64,000 nt of DNA from an uncultured bacterium (lineage in GTDB: Bacteria > Bacillota > Clostridia > Oscillospirales > CAG-272), in the NCBI GenBank assembly GCA_949293405.1, contig CASFDI010000067.1, positions 534-64,533 of the forward strand, in the 5' to 3' direction. Below the pieces are notes generated by a model. That model saw only the letters and a program-made list of their open reading frames with translations. It did no database searches and was not told the origin of the DNA. The first letter of the stretch is position 1, and every line of letters begins with the position of its first letter. This document shows, one piece after another, positions 17,981 through 27,075 of the stretch. Position numbers and translations under genes: made by a program.

Positions 17981-18883
17981 TCACACCTGTCCCTGCGGGG
18001 TAAGCGGAACACGCAACCGGAAAGTCAGGAGTGTCCCCTCACAGTCCGCCGTGAGTGTTCCGCCCATGCGCTCGGTCAGAATACGCGCAACCGAAAGCCC
18101 GATACCGGTTCCCTCCCGGTTGTATGTGACCGTGTAATACCGGTCAAACAAACGCTCCAGCGTCACCCGGTCAAGCGTTTTGGTATGATTGGAAAAACAG
18201 ATGACCCCGTCAGACTGCAGCACCGCACGGAAATCACCGCTGCTGTACCGCAGTGCATTGGTGATCAAATTGGACACCACACGGTTAAAATCACCCGGAA
18301 TAATTTCTGCCATGATTTTTTCATCACAAAGCACGATGTCGGGCGTCATGCCATGCTCGGCAAACGCCCCGTAAAAAGCCAGCAGCAACTCGGTCAGCTG
18401 CTGATTGAGGCATACGGTCTGTACCGGTTCGGCAGGCTGATCCCCGTACACCAGCGTATAACGAAACAGGGATTCGGACAGACGGCGCAACTCCTCGACG
18501 CGGCTCCGGAGGATATTCACCGTGTCGCGTGCAGAATCGGAGAGCGGCTCGCGTTGCAGCAGATCCAGATATCCGCATACCGCGGTCAGGGGCGTACGGA
18601 TATCGTGTGATAGATTGATGATGCTGTTTTTCAGTTCCCGGTCCCCGTCAGAGTACTGCAGATATTTCCGGCGCAGACGGCGCAGCAGTCGGTCCAGCTG
18701 TGCCACGAAGCGCCGCAGGGAGCGGTCCCCGCAGGAAAGTGAAAGGGTAACATTGGAATCCGATTCGAGGAACCGTTCGGTCTGACGTGTGATATCGCGC
18801 AGAGCGCGCCGCATAACCGCCAGTCTGATTCCGAAAACCGCCGCGAGCACCGCAGCCATGGCCGCTGCAATCCATCCGGACAT
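17981..18883 (-). CDS. sensor histidine kinase (single N-terminal TM, no extracytoplasmic domain)
   Basis: H-box SHDIRTPLTAV and HATPase_c N/G boxes (NLITNALRYS, GTGIGLSVA). There is only one TM helix, at residues about 4-24. RBS GGAGGG. Confidence 0.85.
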   Translation of the reverse strand: MSGWIAAAMAAVLAAVFGIRLAVMRRALRDITRQTERFLESDSNVTLSLSCGDRSLRRFVAQLDRLLRRLRRKYLQYSDGDRELKNSIINLSHDIRTPLTAVCGYLDLLQREPLSDSARDTVNILRSRVEELRRLSESLFRYTLVYGDQPAEPVQTVCLNQQLTELLLAFYGAFAEHGMTPDIVLCDEKIMAEIIPGDFNRVVSNLITNALRYSSGDFRAVLQSDGVICFSNHTKTLDRVTLERLFDRYYTVTYNREGTGIGLSVARILTERMGGTLTADCEGTLLTFRLRVPLTPQGQV

Positions 18884-18901
18884 ACTGTCCCTCCTATAGC
18901 A

Positions 18902-18929
18902 GGCAGACCTGCATAAAAGCAGGTCTGCC
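18902..18929 (-). other. intercistronic stem-loop between the ABC-2 permease and kinase genes
   Basis: Perfect 11-bp stem GGCAGACCTGC/GCAGGTCTGCC with a 6-nt loop and no U-tract. It lies 19 nt upstream of the kinase ATG. Confidence 0.5.
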
Positions 18930-18952
18930 GCAAATTAAACTATAATTCAAGT

Positions 18953-19807
18953 TTATTTCAGATCCTGTTTGCGGAACGCCCAGATGCCCGCGCCGGTGGA
19001 AAGCACAATCATACCGACCGCATACAGTGCCATCCGCAACAGATGCAGTCCCTCGGCGGTACAGTAAGCGCCTGCATATGACAACTGATAGAGCTGTGCT
19101 GTAGGAAGCAGATCAATGATCTGTTCCACAATAAAGCGTACAGCCGGGCCGGGATAGGTCGGATTTTTCACCATGCTGGTAACCGGTTCTCCGTTGATTA
19201 TTTCCACCGTCTCATAGAATTCGGGTTGACTGAGCAGTGCGGTCAGGATCGAGGTTGCAAAGCCCATCACCACCACACAGAGCAGAGTGATAATCACCGC
19301 GGCAGTCATATTCCTGCTCAGTACAACCACCAGATTGAACAGGGAGGCATAAGCAATCATCGCAAGCGTGCCGGTCACCAGCAGCAGCACCACCTCGCGC
19401 CAAGACATGACGAAACCGCCCAGCACCGGCAATCCCATAAACAGCGCGACTGCGAAGTGAATCAGATTGATCATCAGACCGATTCCGATGCAGGTCAGCA
19501 GATTGGTCAGATAAATGGAAACACGGCTATGCCCGATCACCAGCTTATTGCGGATGGTGCCGTCATGATAATCCCTGCCCACAAAGAGGCAACACCCCAC
19601 ACCTGCCAGCATGCCCGGGATGCCCAGTCCGGGGAGCCCGTATGCATAGAAAAACAGGGCGTCGGTAGCCAGTTGCACATTTCTCACTTTCGAAATCACG
19701 GCCACAGCACCCAGTCCGACCGCATAGAGAAGCGCAAGAAGAAAGGAGATCCGCACCCCGTTCTCACGGGGGAGGCGGGCTATATTGCAACGCATCAGTT
19801 TCAGCAT
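18953..19807 (-). CDS. ABC-2 type transporter permease
   Basis: 284-aa six-TM protein. Its start overlaps the stop of the upstream ABC ATPase by 7 nt. Confidence 0.65.
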   Translation of the reverse strand: MLKLMRCNIARLPRENGVRISFLLALLYAVGLGAVAVISKVRNVQLATDALFFYAYGLPGLGIPGMLAGVGCCLFVGRDYHDGTIRNKLVIGHSRVSIYLTNLLTCIGIGLMINLIHFAVALFMGLPVLGGFVMSWREVVLLLVTGTLAMIAYASLFNLVVVLSRNMTAAVIITLLCVVVMGFATSILTALLSQPEFYETVEIINGEPVTSMVKNPTYPGPAVRFIVEQIIDLLPTAQLYQLSYAGAYCTAEGLHLLRMALYAVGMIVLSTGAGIWAFRKQDLK

Positions 19808-20718
19808 GCCGCACCGCCTCCGATCAGATTGATATAGTAAGTTTCCAGATCCTCATCCTGTTCCAAGGCGCGGATCAGATCGACCCCTTCCCCGGCAAGC
19901 GCCATCGCCAGAGACGAAATGGAAACCGGAGAATAGATATCCGCCTCGCTGTCCGAACGAATGCGGTAGTCCAGATGTTTCTGCTGCAGAATACGGCTCA
20001 GAACCGTCACATCCGAGACGGTTACGCGCAGGCATTTGCGGCATGCCGCTTCCAGATCGGCCGCACTGATTTCCTTTATGAGGCGTCCCTTATCAATAAA
20101 GCCGTAATGCGTTGCCAGTTTGGACAGTTCCCCCAGAATGTGGCTGGAAATCAGGACCGTGATGTGCATCTCACGGTTGAGCTTCAGAATCAGCTCGCGG
20201 ATCTCCACAATTCCCTGCGGATCGAGGCCGTTCACCGGTTCATCCAGAACGATAAAATCCGGATTGCCAGCCAGGGCGATGGCGATCCCCAGCCTCTGAC
20301 GCATGCCCAGTGAAAAATCCTTCGCCTTTTTATTCCCGGTACCCGAAAGCCCCACATACCGCAGCAGTTCGGCCGCTCCGCTGTCGTCCGGTCTGCCCAG
20401 CAACTCATACTGCCGGCGCACATTCTCCTGCGCACTCATGCCGAGATAAATCGAAGGAGTCTCCACCACCGCGCCCATGCGGCGCCGCACCTCACACATG
20501 GCACGCTGATTGCGGCTGTCCGCACCGTAAAGCAGAAAACTTCCTTCGGTCGGATTCTGCAACCCGCAGATCAGCCTGATCAGAGTGGTCTTCCCTGCGC
20601 CGTTGCGTCCGATCAGACCGTAGATCGCTCCTTTCTCAATATTCATGTTCAGGTCATCAAGCGCCCTGAAATGCCGGTACCGTTTCCCGAGATGCCGGGT
20701 TTGTAAACAGTATTCCAT
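19801..20718 (-). CDS. ABC transporter ATP-binding protein (BcrA/LanF-like)
   Basis: Walker A GRNGAGKTT, signature FSLGMRQR and Walker B IVLDEP. The start is moved to the ATG at 20718 (MEYCLQ), preceded by GAAGGAGGAAGTT. The ORF-track start is a GTG inside the RBS. Confidence 0.9.
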   Translation of the reverse strand: MEYCLQTRHLGKRYRHFRALDDLNMNIEKGAIYGLIGRNGAGKTTLIRLICGLQNPTEGSFLLYGADSRNQRAMCEVRRRMGAVVETPSIYLGMSAQENVRRQYELLGRPDDSGAAELLRYVGLSGTGNKKAKDFSLGMRQRLGIAIALAGNPDFIVLDEPVNGLDPQGIVEIRELILKLNREMHITVLISSHILGELSKLATHYGFIDKGRLIKEISAADLEAACRKCLRVTVSDVTVLSRILQQKHLDYRIRSDSEADIYSPVSISSLAMALAGEGVDLIRALEQDEDLETYYINLIGGGAAC

Positions 20719-20745
20719 AACTTCCTCCTTCACTGAAGTGCCCCT

Positions 20746-20803
20746 ATTGTATCATTGCCCGGTAAAGGAAGCGTTAAGAGGACGGTTAAGATCCGGTTAA
20801 GAT
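20746..20803 (-). promoter_or_regulatory. promoter (-10 TACAAT) with three direct repeats, a putative response-regulator operator
   Basis: Plus strand has CGTTAAGAG (20772-20780), GGTTAAGAT (20784-20792) and GGTTAAGAT (20795-20803), with starts spaced 12 and 11 nt. The proximal repeat covers the -35 position of the minus-strand TACAAT (20751-20746). Confidence 0.55.
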
Positions 20804-20962
20804 TTCAGGGGATGCATCCGGGAATAGCCGAACGGCTATTCAAAAGGACCGGGTGCCCGTTCGAAAAGGGGCACGGCTTTATTTCCCTGTTCTCCAACCT
20901 CTGCAGAGATGTTACCGGACGCCCGATGGTCCGCAGGCACTGGTTTTTGCCGGGTTTTCCCT

Positions 20963-21724
20963 TCATTCAGCAGTGCTTTCCGTCTGTCCTTCACTGCCCT
21001 GCAGCCCGGAGGCATCTGGCTGCCCTGCTGCAACAGGCGCTTTCAGCTTGTAACCAATCCCCCACACCGCCTCAATGTAATCCTGACCGCCGCACTGCCG
21101 CAGTTTGTTGCGCAGATGGGCGATGTGCACCTTGAGTGAACTTTCTTCACAGTCAGGGGTATCTTCTTCAATGGCAGCCATCATGCGGTCGCGCGAGATC
21201 ACCAGGCGCGCATTGGTCATCAGAACCTTCAGGATTGCATATTCCGTTCGGGTGAGATGCACCGGCTGACCGGCAACCGTCACTATGCGCCTCTCCGGAT
21301 CCAGCGTGATCATATCAAACTGCAATACACTCCCTTTTCTTCGTGCACGGTGCTCCAGTTGCAAACGGATGCGTGCCAGCACTTCACGCGGATAACAGGG
21401 TTTGGTCACATAGTCGACAGCGCCGCTCATCAGCAGATTCACCTTTTCTTCCGGATCCGACCTGGCGCTGAGTACAATGGTCGGAATATGGCAAAGCCGC
21501 GGCAGGATATCGCTGCCGCTCATGCCGGGCAGCATCAGATCCAACAGAATCAGATCCGGACTCTCCCGTTCCATCAGCAGCAGCGCTTCACTGCCCGAAT
21601 AGGCACGCAGCACCCGGTACCCTTCCTGCTTAAGAACCTGCTGCAGCATATTGCCGATATCCGGATCATCATCCACTACCGCAACTGTCATGCCTGCGGC
21701 AGGATTTCCGCATGTTTCGTTCAT
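20963..21724 (-). CDS. OmpR/PhoB-family response regulator
   Basis: Receiver domain (VAVVDDDPD ... LILLDLMLPGMSG) plus winged-helix output (LTRTEYAILKVL ... VWGIGYKL). A low-complexity C-terminal tail of about 25 aa follows. RBS GGAGGG. Confidence 0.9.
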   Translation of the reverse strand: MNETCGNPAAGMTVAVVDDDPDIGNMLQQVLKQEGYRVLRAYSGSEALLLMERESPDLILLDLMLPGMSGSDILPRLCHIPTIVLSARSDPEEKVNLLMSGAVDYVTKPCYPREVLARIRLQLEHRARRKGSVLQFDMITLDPERRIVTVAGQPVHLTRTEYAILKVLMTNARLVISRDRMMAAIEEDTPDCEESSLKVHIAHLRNKLRQCGGQDYIEAVWGIGYKLKAPVAAGQPDASGLQGSEGQTESTAE

Positions 21725-21745
21725 AAGTCCCTCCGTTTCCCGAAT

Positions 21746-21792
21746 TCAAAAAAGGCGGACCGCACCGGCTGCATTGTTCCGGTGCGGTCCGC
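21746..21792 (-). terminator. intrinsic terminator after the nfnAB-like pair
   Basis: Minus-strand 14-bp stem GCGGACCGCACCGG/CCGGTGCGGTCCGC followed by CTTTTTTG. Confidence 0.85.
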
Positions 21793-21803
21793 ACTGTATA
21801 AAG

Positions 21804-23219
21804 TCAGGATTCCCCGGTTCCCGAAAGCGCGCGATCAATCGCCGCTGCCGCGGTTTTCCCGGCGCCCATAGCCAGAATCACAGTCGCGGCTCCGGTCACC
21901 GCGTCCCCGCCGGCATACACGCCGGCACGGGATGTCGCTCCGGTACTCTCCTCGACGATGATCCCACCGCGCCGGTTGACTTCCAGCCCGGAAGTGGTGG
22001 ATTTGATCAGGGGATTCGGTGAAGTGCCGATCGAAATAATCACCGCATCCACATCCAGCCGGAAAGTCGAATCGGGGATTTCAATCGGACGGCGCCGCCC
22101 CGAAGCGTCCGGCTCGCCCAGTTCCATACGGACGCACTCCATACCGATCACAGTACCGTTCTTCGGATCGCGCGGATCGTCAGGATTCTGATATCCCAGA
22201 ATACGAGTGGGATTATTGAGCAGACGGAATTCAATCCCCTCTTCCATCGCATGTTCCACTTCTTCCTTGCGCGCCGGCAATTCTTCCAGCGAACGGCGGT
22301 ACACGATATAGACCTTCTCTGCGCCCAGGCGCAGAGCGGTACGCGCCGCATCCATCGCCACGTTTCCGCCGCCTACCACCGCGACACGGCGGGCATGCTG
22401 AATCGGTGTCTCGGCCTCGGACCGGTATGCCTTCATCAGATTGCTGCGGGTCAGGAATTCATTGGCGCTGTATACCCCTTTGAGCGACTCGCCCGGAATA
22501 CCCATGAAATTGGGCAGGCCGGCGCCCGAACCGATGAATACTGCTTCAAATCCCGCTTCAAACAACTCGTCCACCGTCAGAGTCTTACCGATCACGACAT
22601 TGGTCACAATCTCCACTCCGAGCGCTTTCAGCGTCTCCACTTCCTTGCGGACAATCTCCTTGGGCAGACGGAACTCGGGAATGCCGTAAACCAACACACC
22701 GCCCGCCAGATGCAGCGCCTCATAAACCGTAACTTCATAACCGCGCCGCGCCAGATCTCCCGCACAGGTCAGACCGGACGGACCGGACCCAACCACTGCC
22801 ACACGGTGACCGTTGGGCTGGGGGCGTACCATCTGTCCTGCGGCATGTTCGTTGTGCCAGTCGGCGACGAACCGCTCCAGTCTGCCGATGCCCACCGGCT
22901 CGCCCTTGATTCCGCGCACGCAGTGTGCTTCACACTGGGTCTCCTGCGGGCAGACGCGACCGCAGACTGCCGGCAGCGAAGAAGAACGGGCAATCACCTG
23001 ATAGGCTCCCTCGAAGTCCATCTCTTTGATATGCCGGATAAATTCGGGAATATGTATATTGACTGGGCAGCCCTGCACACAGGGCATGTTTTTACAGTCA
23101 AGGCACCGCAGCGCTTCGTCCACCGCCGCCGCCTCGCTGTATCCGGTTGCAACCTCCGAAAAATTATGTGCGCGCACAGCAGGATCCTGCGTGGGCATGG
23201 GATTTTTCTTCAGGGACAT
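21804..23219 (-). CDS. nfnB: NfnB-like NADPH-dependent oxidoreductase (glutamate synthase small-subunit family)
   Basis: N-terminal 2x[4Fe-4S] Cys motifs (CLDCKNMPCVQGCPV ... CGRVCPQETQCEAHC) and FAD/NAD(P) Rossmann motifs (VAVVGSGPSGL, VAVVGGGNVAMD). The start is the ATG at 23219 or the GTG at 23234. The ORF-track extension to 23375 is rejected. Confidence 0.8.
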   Translation of the reverse strand: MSLKKNPMPTQDPAVRAHNFSEVATGYSEAAAVDEALRCLDCKNMPCVQGCPVNIHIPEFIRHIKEMDFEGAYQVIARSSSLPAVCGRVCPQETQCEAHCVRGIKGEPVGIGRLERFVADWHNEHAAGQMVRPQPNGHRVAVVGSGPSGLTCAGDLARRGYEVTVYEALHLAGGVLVYGIPEFRLPKEIVRKEVETLKALGVEIVTNVVIGKTLTVDELFEAGFEAVFIGSGAGLPNFMGIPGESLKGVYSANEFLTRSNLMKAYRSEAETPIQHARRVAVVGGGNVAMDAARTALRLGAEKVYIVYRRSLEELPARKEEVEHAMEEGIEFRLLNNPTRILGYQNPDDPRDPKNGTVIGMECVRMELGEPDASGRRRPIEIPDSTFRLDVDAVIISIGTSPNPLIKSTTSGLEVNRRGGIIVEESTGATSRAGVYAGGDAVTGAATVILAMGAGKTAAAAIDRALSGTGES

Positions 23220-23226
23220 ATTGGGT

Positions 23227-24078
23227 TTAGCCACGGGATGTTTCCTCCTTCCGGAACAGGTTGCAGGTCTCTTCATAAGCGTGACGCTCAAAATCGCGGT
23301 ACATGGTTCCGCGCGACAGGGCCTCGTCAAAGTCCACTTCAAAGCCGTCAAAATCCGGTCCGTCCACACAGGCAAAACGGGTCTTACCGCCTACGGTAAG
23401 CCGGCAGCCGCCGCACATGCCCGTACCGTCAATCATGATCGGGTTCATGGATACAACGGTGGGAATACCGAACGGACGGGTGGTTGCCACCACAAACTTC
23501 ATCATGATCAAGGGACCGATCGCGATCACCTGGTCGTACTTCTCACCCGACTCAATCAGCGCCTTCAGCGGTGCGGTCACCACGCCTTTTTCCCCGTAAC
23601 TGCCGTCGTCAGTCATGATGATCAGTTTATCCGACGCGCGGCGGAACTCATCCTCCAGAATCACCAGGTCCCGGTTACGGAATCCGACAATCGAATGTAC
23701 CTCGCAACCCAGGCTGTGCAGTTTTTCGGCGACCGGAAGAGCAATGGCGCAGCCGACGCCGCCGCCCACAACAGCCACTTTATGCAGGCCGTCGGTGTGA
23801 GTAGGCTTGCCGAGAGGGCCGACAAAGTCGCAGATGAAGTCTCCCTCTTCTTTCATCGAAAGAAGTTTGGTGGTCGCTCCGACGATCTGGAAAATAATCC
23901 GGACAGTTCCCTTTTCGCGGTCATACCCGGCGACGGTAAGCGGAATACGCTCGCCGTCCTCATCGACACGCAGAATAATGAATTGACCCGCTTCGGCTTT
24001 CTTAGCCACCAGAGGCGCTTCCACCTCCATAAGCATCACCGTGGGGTTGAGCACTCGCTTGGTTACGATACGGTACAT
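23227..24078 (-). CDS. nfnA: NfnA-like ferredoxin-NADP+ reductase-type FAD/[2Fe-2S] subunit (PyrK-like)
   Basis: 283 aa. It starts MYRIVTKRVLNP and has an FNR-like fold with a C-terminal Cys cluster (DGTGMCGGCR...C). It sits directly upstream of the GltD-like gene. Confidence 0.75.
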   Translation of the reverse strand: MYRIVTKRVLNPTVMLMEVEAPLVAKKAEAGQFIILRVDEDGERIPLTVAGYDREKGTVRIIFQIVGATTKLLSMKEEGDFICDFVGPLGKPTHTDGLHKVAVVGGGVGCAIALPVAEKLHSLGCEVHSIVGFRNRDLVILEDEFRRASDKLIIMTDDGSYGEKGVVTAPLKALIESGEKYDQVIAIGPLIMMKFVVATTRPFGIPTVVSMNPIMIDGTGMCGGCRLTVGGKTRFACVDGPDFDGFEVDFDEALSRGTMYRDFERHAYEETCNLFRKEETSRG

Positions 24079-24189
24079 CGGTGTTATCCTTTTATAAAAC
24101 AGATTTGCCGGTTGGGACAAGCGGAGCACCGCCCCGGCAACCGGCAGCGCTCCATATCTAAGTTATAATATCACAAAGCACGCATTCTG

Positions 24190-26076
24190 TCAAGACTTCC
24201 CGCCCAGCAAATTCAGTACCGCATCACGGATTCCGGCGGCATCCAGCCCGCAGTAAGCATACAGGTCGTCAACCGGCTTCTCGGGAGAAACGAAATCGTG
24301 CAGGGCAAGCACCCGGTACCGACGCACCAGAGAGGGATGCAACTGCCGGAGCAGATCTCCGACGATCATGCCGGCACCCCCTTCATAAATCCCCTCTTCC
24401 ACAAAAACGACAGGCAGCGCAGCCCGCAAAAATCCCAGCAGCCGGTGCACGGTACGGTCATACGGGCACAACTGCTGGATCAGGATCACACCGCAGCGCA
24501 CGCCCTGTTTTTTCAGCTCGGTCTGCGCTTCGAGAACCCGTGCAGTAATGCTGCCGTAGGTGATCATCAGTGCATCCAGTTCCGCAGGATCCTCATAGTC
24601 GGCACGCGGCGCATAATCCGCAGGGTCGCCGTCGGGATAAAAATGCCGGATCACTGCCTGTTTTTCCGCTTCGTTGGGGTAACGCACCGCGCAGGGCGAA
24701 GATGCCTCGGTCAGATGTCCGAGCATCGCCTGCAGTGCCGCATAGGAAACCGGCTGATACAAGGAGATTCCCGGAATATGAGACAGAAAGGCAACATCAA
24801 AAATACCGTGGTGCGTGCTGCCGTCGGCGACCGCAAGCCCCGCACGGTCAATCAACAGCCGCACCGGCAGATTCTGCAGCGCAATATCATGCAGAATATT
24901 GTCATAACCGCGCTGGAGAAAAGTGGAATAGATGGCACAGAAGGGCTTGAGGCCGGCCGCGGCAAGCCCCGCTGAAAAAGTAAGCGCATGTTCCTCTGCA
25001 ATACCGACATCAAAATAGCGCTCCGGGAATGCAGCTCCGAAGGTGTCGAGCCCGGTCCCCTGACCCATGGCCGCGGTTACTGCAACAATGGCAGGATCCT
25101 GCTCCCCGAGTCTTGTCAGCATGGCACCCATCTGACGGTGGAAAGAGTCGCCCGCCTTTTGCGCAGACACATTGTGATAGGTATCTGGATGGACTTCTGC
25201 CGGATCGTAACCCTTTCCTTTCTGCGTTTTGATATGAACCAGAACACTGCCGCCCTTCTCGCGCGCCGCACGCAGCGCGCGCTCCATCAGCGGATAATCG
25301 TTGCCATCGACAGGACCGATATAATACAGCCCCAGTTCCTCAAAATAGTTGGAGTGGTACAACTGATTCTTAAAAAAGCGCTTGATCCGTTTGACGCGGC
25401 GGTACAGAGGCTTGCCGATCAGGGGAATGCGGCGCAGAAAGCCGCGGGTGTGAACCTTCCAGTGACGGTACCGCTTGGAAGTTCTGATCCGACTCAGATA
25501 ACCTGCCATCCTGCCGCCGGTGGGGGCAATACTCATTTCGTTCTCGTTGAGCACGATCACCAGATTGAGATCGCTGCGGCAATTGTTGAGCGCCTCATAG
25601 ATCATACCGCCCGAAAAAGCGCCGTCCCCCACAACCGCGACCGTATAGGCGTCCGAACCGCGCAGCCGGTCTGCTTCCGCAAATCCGAGCGCAGCGGAAA
25701 CAGAAGTACTGCTGTGTCCAGCCCCGAACGGATCGTATTCGCTTTCCTGACGCCGCGTGAACCCGGAGAGTCCGCCGGGGGTGCGCAGAGTGTCAAAGCG
25801 CTCTCGTCTGCCGGTCAGCAGTTTGTGCACATAACTCTGATGACCCACATCCCAGATCACCCGGTCGGCAGGAGTATTGAAAACGCGATGCAGCGCTACC
25901 GAAAGTTCCACCACGCCGAGATTGGACGCCAGGTGTCCGCCCGTACGGGTCACCTGCCCCACCAGAAACCGGCGGATTTCCTGGCAGAGCGGCTTCATCT
26001 GTTCATCCGGCAGGCGTCTGAGATCTTCCGGACCGTCAAGACCCGCGAGGAGTCCGCTTTTATTTTCACTGTTCAT
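24190..26076 (-). CDS. dxs: 1-deoxy-D-xylulose-5-phosphate synthase
   Basis: 628 aa with the GHQSYVHKLLTGR motif and the TPP-binding GDGAFSGGMIYEALN motif. Confidence 0.95.
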   Translation of the reverse strand: MNSENKSGLLAGLDGPEDLRRLPDEQMKPLCQEIRRFLVGQVTRTGGHLASNLGVVELSVALHRVFNTPADRVIWDVGHQSYVHKLLTGRRERFDTLRTPGGLSGFTRRQESEYDPFGAGHSSTSVSAALGFAEADRLRGSDAYTVAVVGDGAFSGGMIYEALNNCRSDLNLVIVLNENEMSIAPTGGRMAGYLSRIRTSKRYRHWKVHTRGFLRRIPLIGKPLYRRVKRIKRFFKNQLYHSNYFEELGLYYIGPVDGNDYPLMERALRAAREKGGSVLVHIKTQKGKGYDPAEVHPDTYHNVSAQKAGDSFHRQMGAMLTRLGEQDPAIVAVTAAMGQGTGLDTFGAAFPERYFDVGIAEEHALTFSAGLAAAGLKPFCAIYSTFLQRGYDNILHDIALQNLPVRLLIDRAGLAVADGSTHHGIFDVAFLSHIPGISLYQPVSYAALQAMLGHLTEASSPCAVRYPNEAEKQAVIRHFYPDGDPADYAPRADYEDPAELDALMITYGSITARVLEAQTELKKQGVRCGVILIQQLCPYDRTVHRLLGFLRAALPVVFVEEGIYEGGAGMIVGDLLRQLHPSLVRRYRVLALHDFVSPEKPVDDLYAYCGLDAAGIRDAVLNLLGGKS

Positions 26077-26100
26077 AACAACTGTCTGTTCCTTATTGTT

Positions 26101-26907
26101 TTACTTGGCGGAGGGAGAGCGCCCCACATACTTTTTATATGCCCTGTAAAAAGAAGAATAATCCCCGAATCCTACCCGGTACGCAGCTACCGATGCGGTT
26201 TCGCCGCGATCCATGAGCAATTTGGCAAGCATGACACGCTTGCCGGTGATATATCCGTGTACCGAAACACCGTTGTGTTCCTTGAAAGCACGGCACAGAT
26301 AATACTTGCTCACAAAAAAGCGACGTGCCAGCTCGTCAAGTCCGATGGGCCGGGAAATGTTTTCGTTGAGATATTTGATCACCCGGGCGCCCAGCTGCTC
26401 ACAGTCCGGCAGTTTGGGTGCAGGCGCGGCGGTGGACAGGAGAATCAGCAATTCGGTGGTCATCAGCCGCAGCATCAGCTCCCTCTGCTCAGGATGCAGG
26501 ACCTGCAGATCGTCCATGCGCTCAAAGATATCGCATACCCCCGCCGGCACCTCGGTTTCCGTATAGAAATTACCTTCTCCGAGCGGTTTGTCCAGAAAAG
26601 GGGTCAGAATCACTTCAGCAGATCCGGCCAGTGTATTCTCATCAAAATGCAGCACATACCGCTCATACGGCGTTCCCGGCTCCAGTTCGACATAATGAAA
26701 TTCCCGCGGACGCAACAGCAGAAGCGTCCCCGGGGACATGCCGTATTGCGCCCCTTCGACAATATACCGCCCCCTGCCGCCGGTCACATAAATCAGTTCA
26801 TAATGATTGTGACAGTGACGGGCGAAGTCAAGAGGGGTGGGATTGCTTTCCGTTTCGTGATGATAGTGAAATCCCGGGAAATCATAATACACCCGATGAA
26901 AATCCAT
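26101..26907 (-). CDS. AraC-family transcriptional regulator (cupin sensor plus HTH)
   Basis: N-terminal cupin-like region (HCHNHYELIYVTGGRG) and C-terminal AraC HTH (FFVSKYYLCRAFKE ... GFGDYSSFYRAYKKYVG). It is divergent from the sugar operon. Confidence 0.85.
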   Translation of the reverse strand: MDFHRVYYDFPGFHYHHETESNPTPLDFARHCHNHYELIYVTGGRGRYIVEGAQYGMSPGTLLLLRPREFHYVELEPGTPYERYVLHFDENTLAGSAEVILTPFLDKPLGEGNFYTETEVPAGVCDIFERMDDLQVLHPEQRELMLRLMTTELLILLSTAAPAPKLPDCEQLGARVIKYLNENISRPIGLDELARRFFVSKYYLCRAFKEHNGVSVHGYITGKRVMLAKLLMDRGETASVAAYRVGFGDYSSFYRAYKKYVGRSPSAK

Positions 26908-27075
26908 TCTGCCCCTGCCCTTCCGACCGACCGGTCCCGGTTTGTCCGTTTGATACAGTATACCACACAAGGGCAATATTCGCAATAGTTTTTGCAAAAA
27001 GTACAATGGTTTTTAGCCCGGCAATTATGTAAAATTGTTTTGAATATACTTATTTTATCTGAGGAGGACGGTACC

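Noticed and set aside
21724-21745. The response-regulator gene starts only about 22 nt after the upstream terminator's T-tract, with no obvious promoter in between. I considered the alternative start at Met12 (MTVAVVDDD).
   Set aside because: The first ATG has a good RBS (GGAGGG) and Met12 has none. Where the promoter lies is unresolved (possibly terminator read-through), and I am not confident enough to report a feature.
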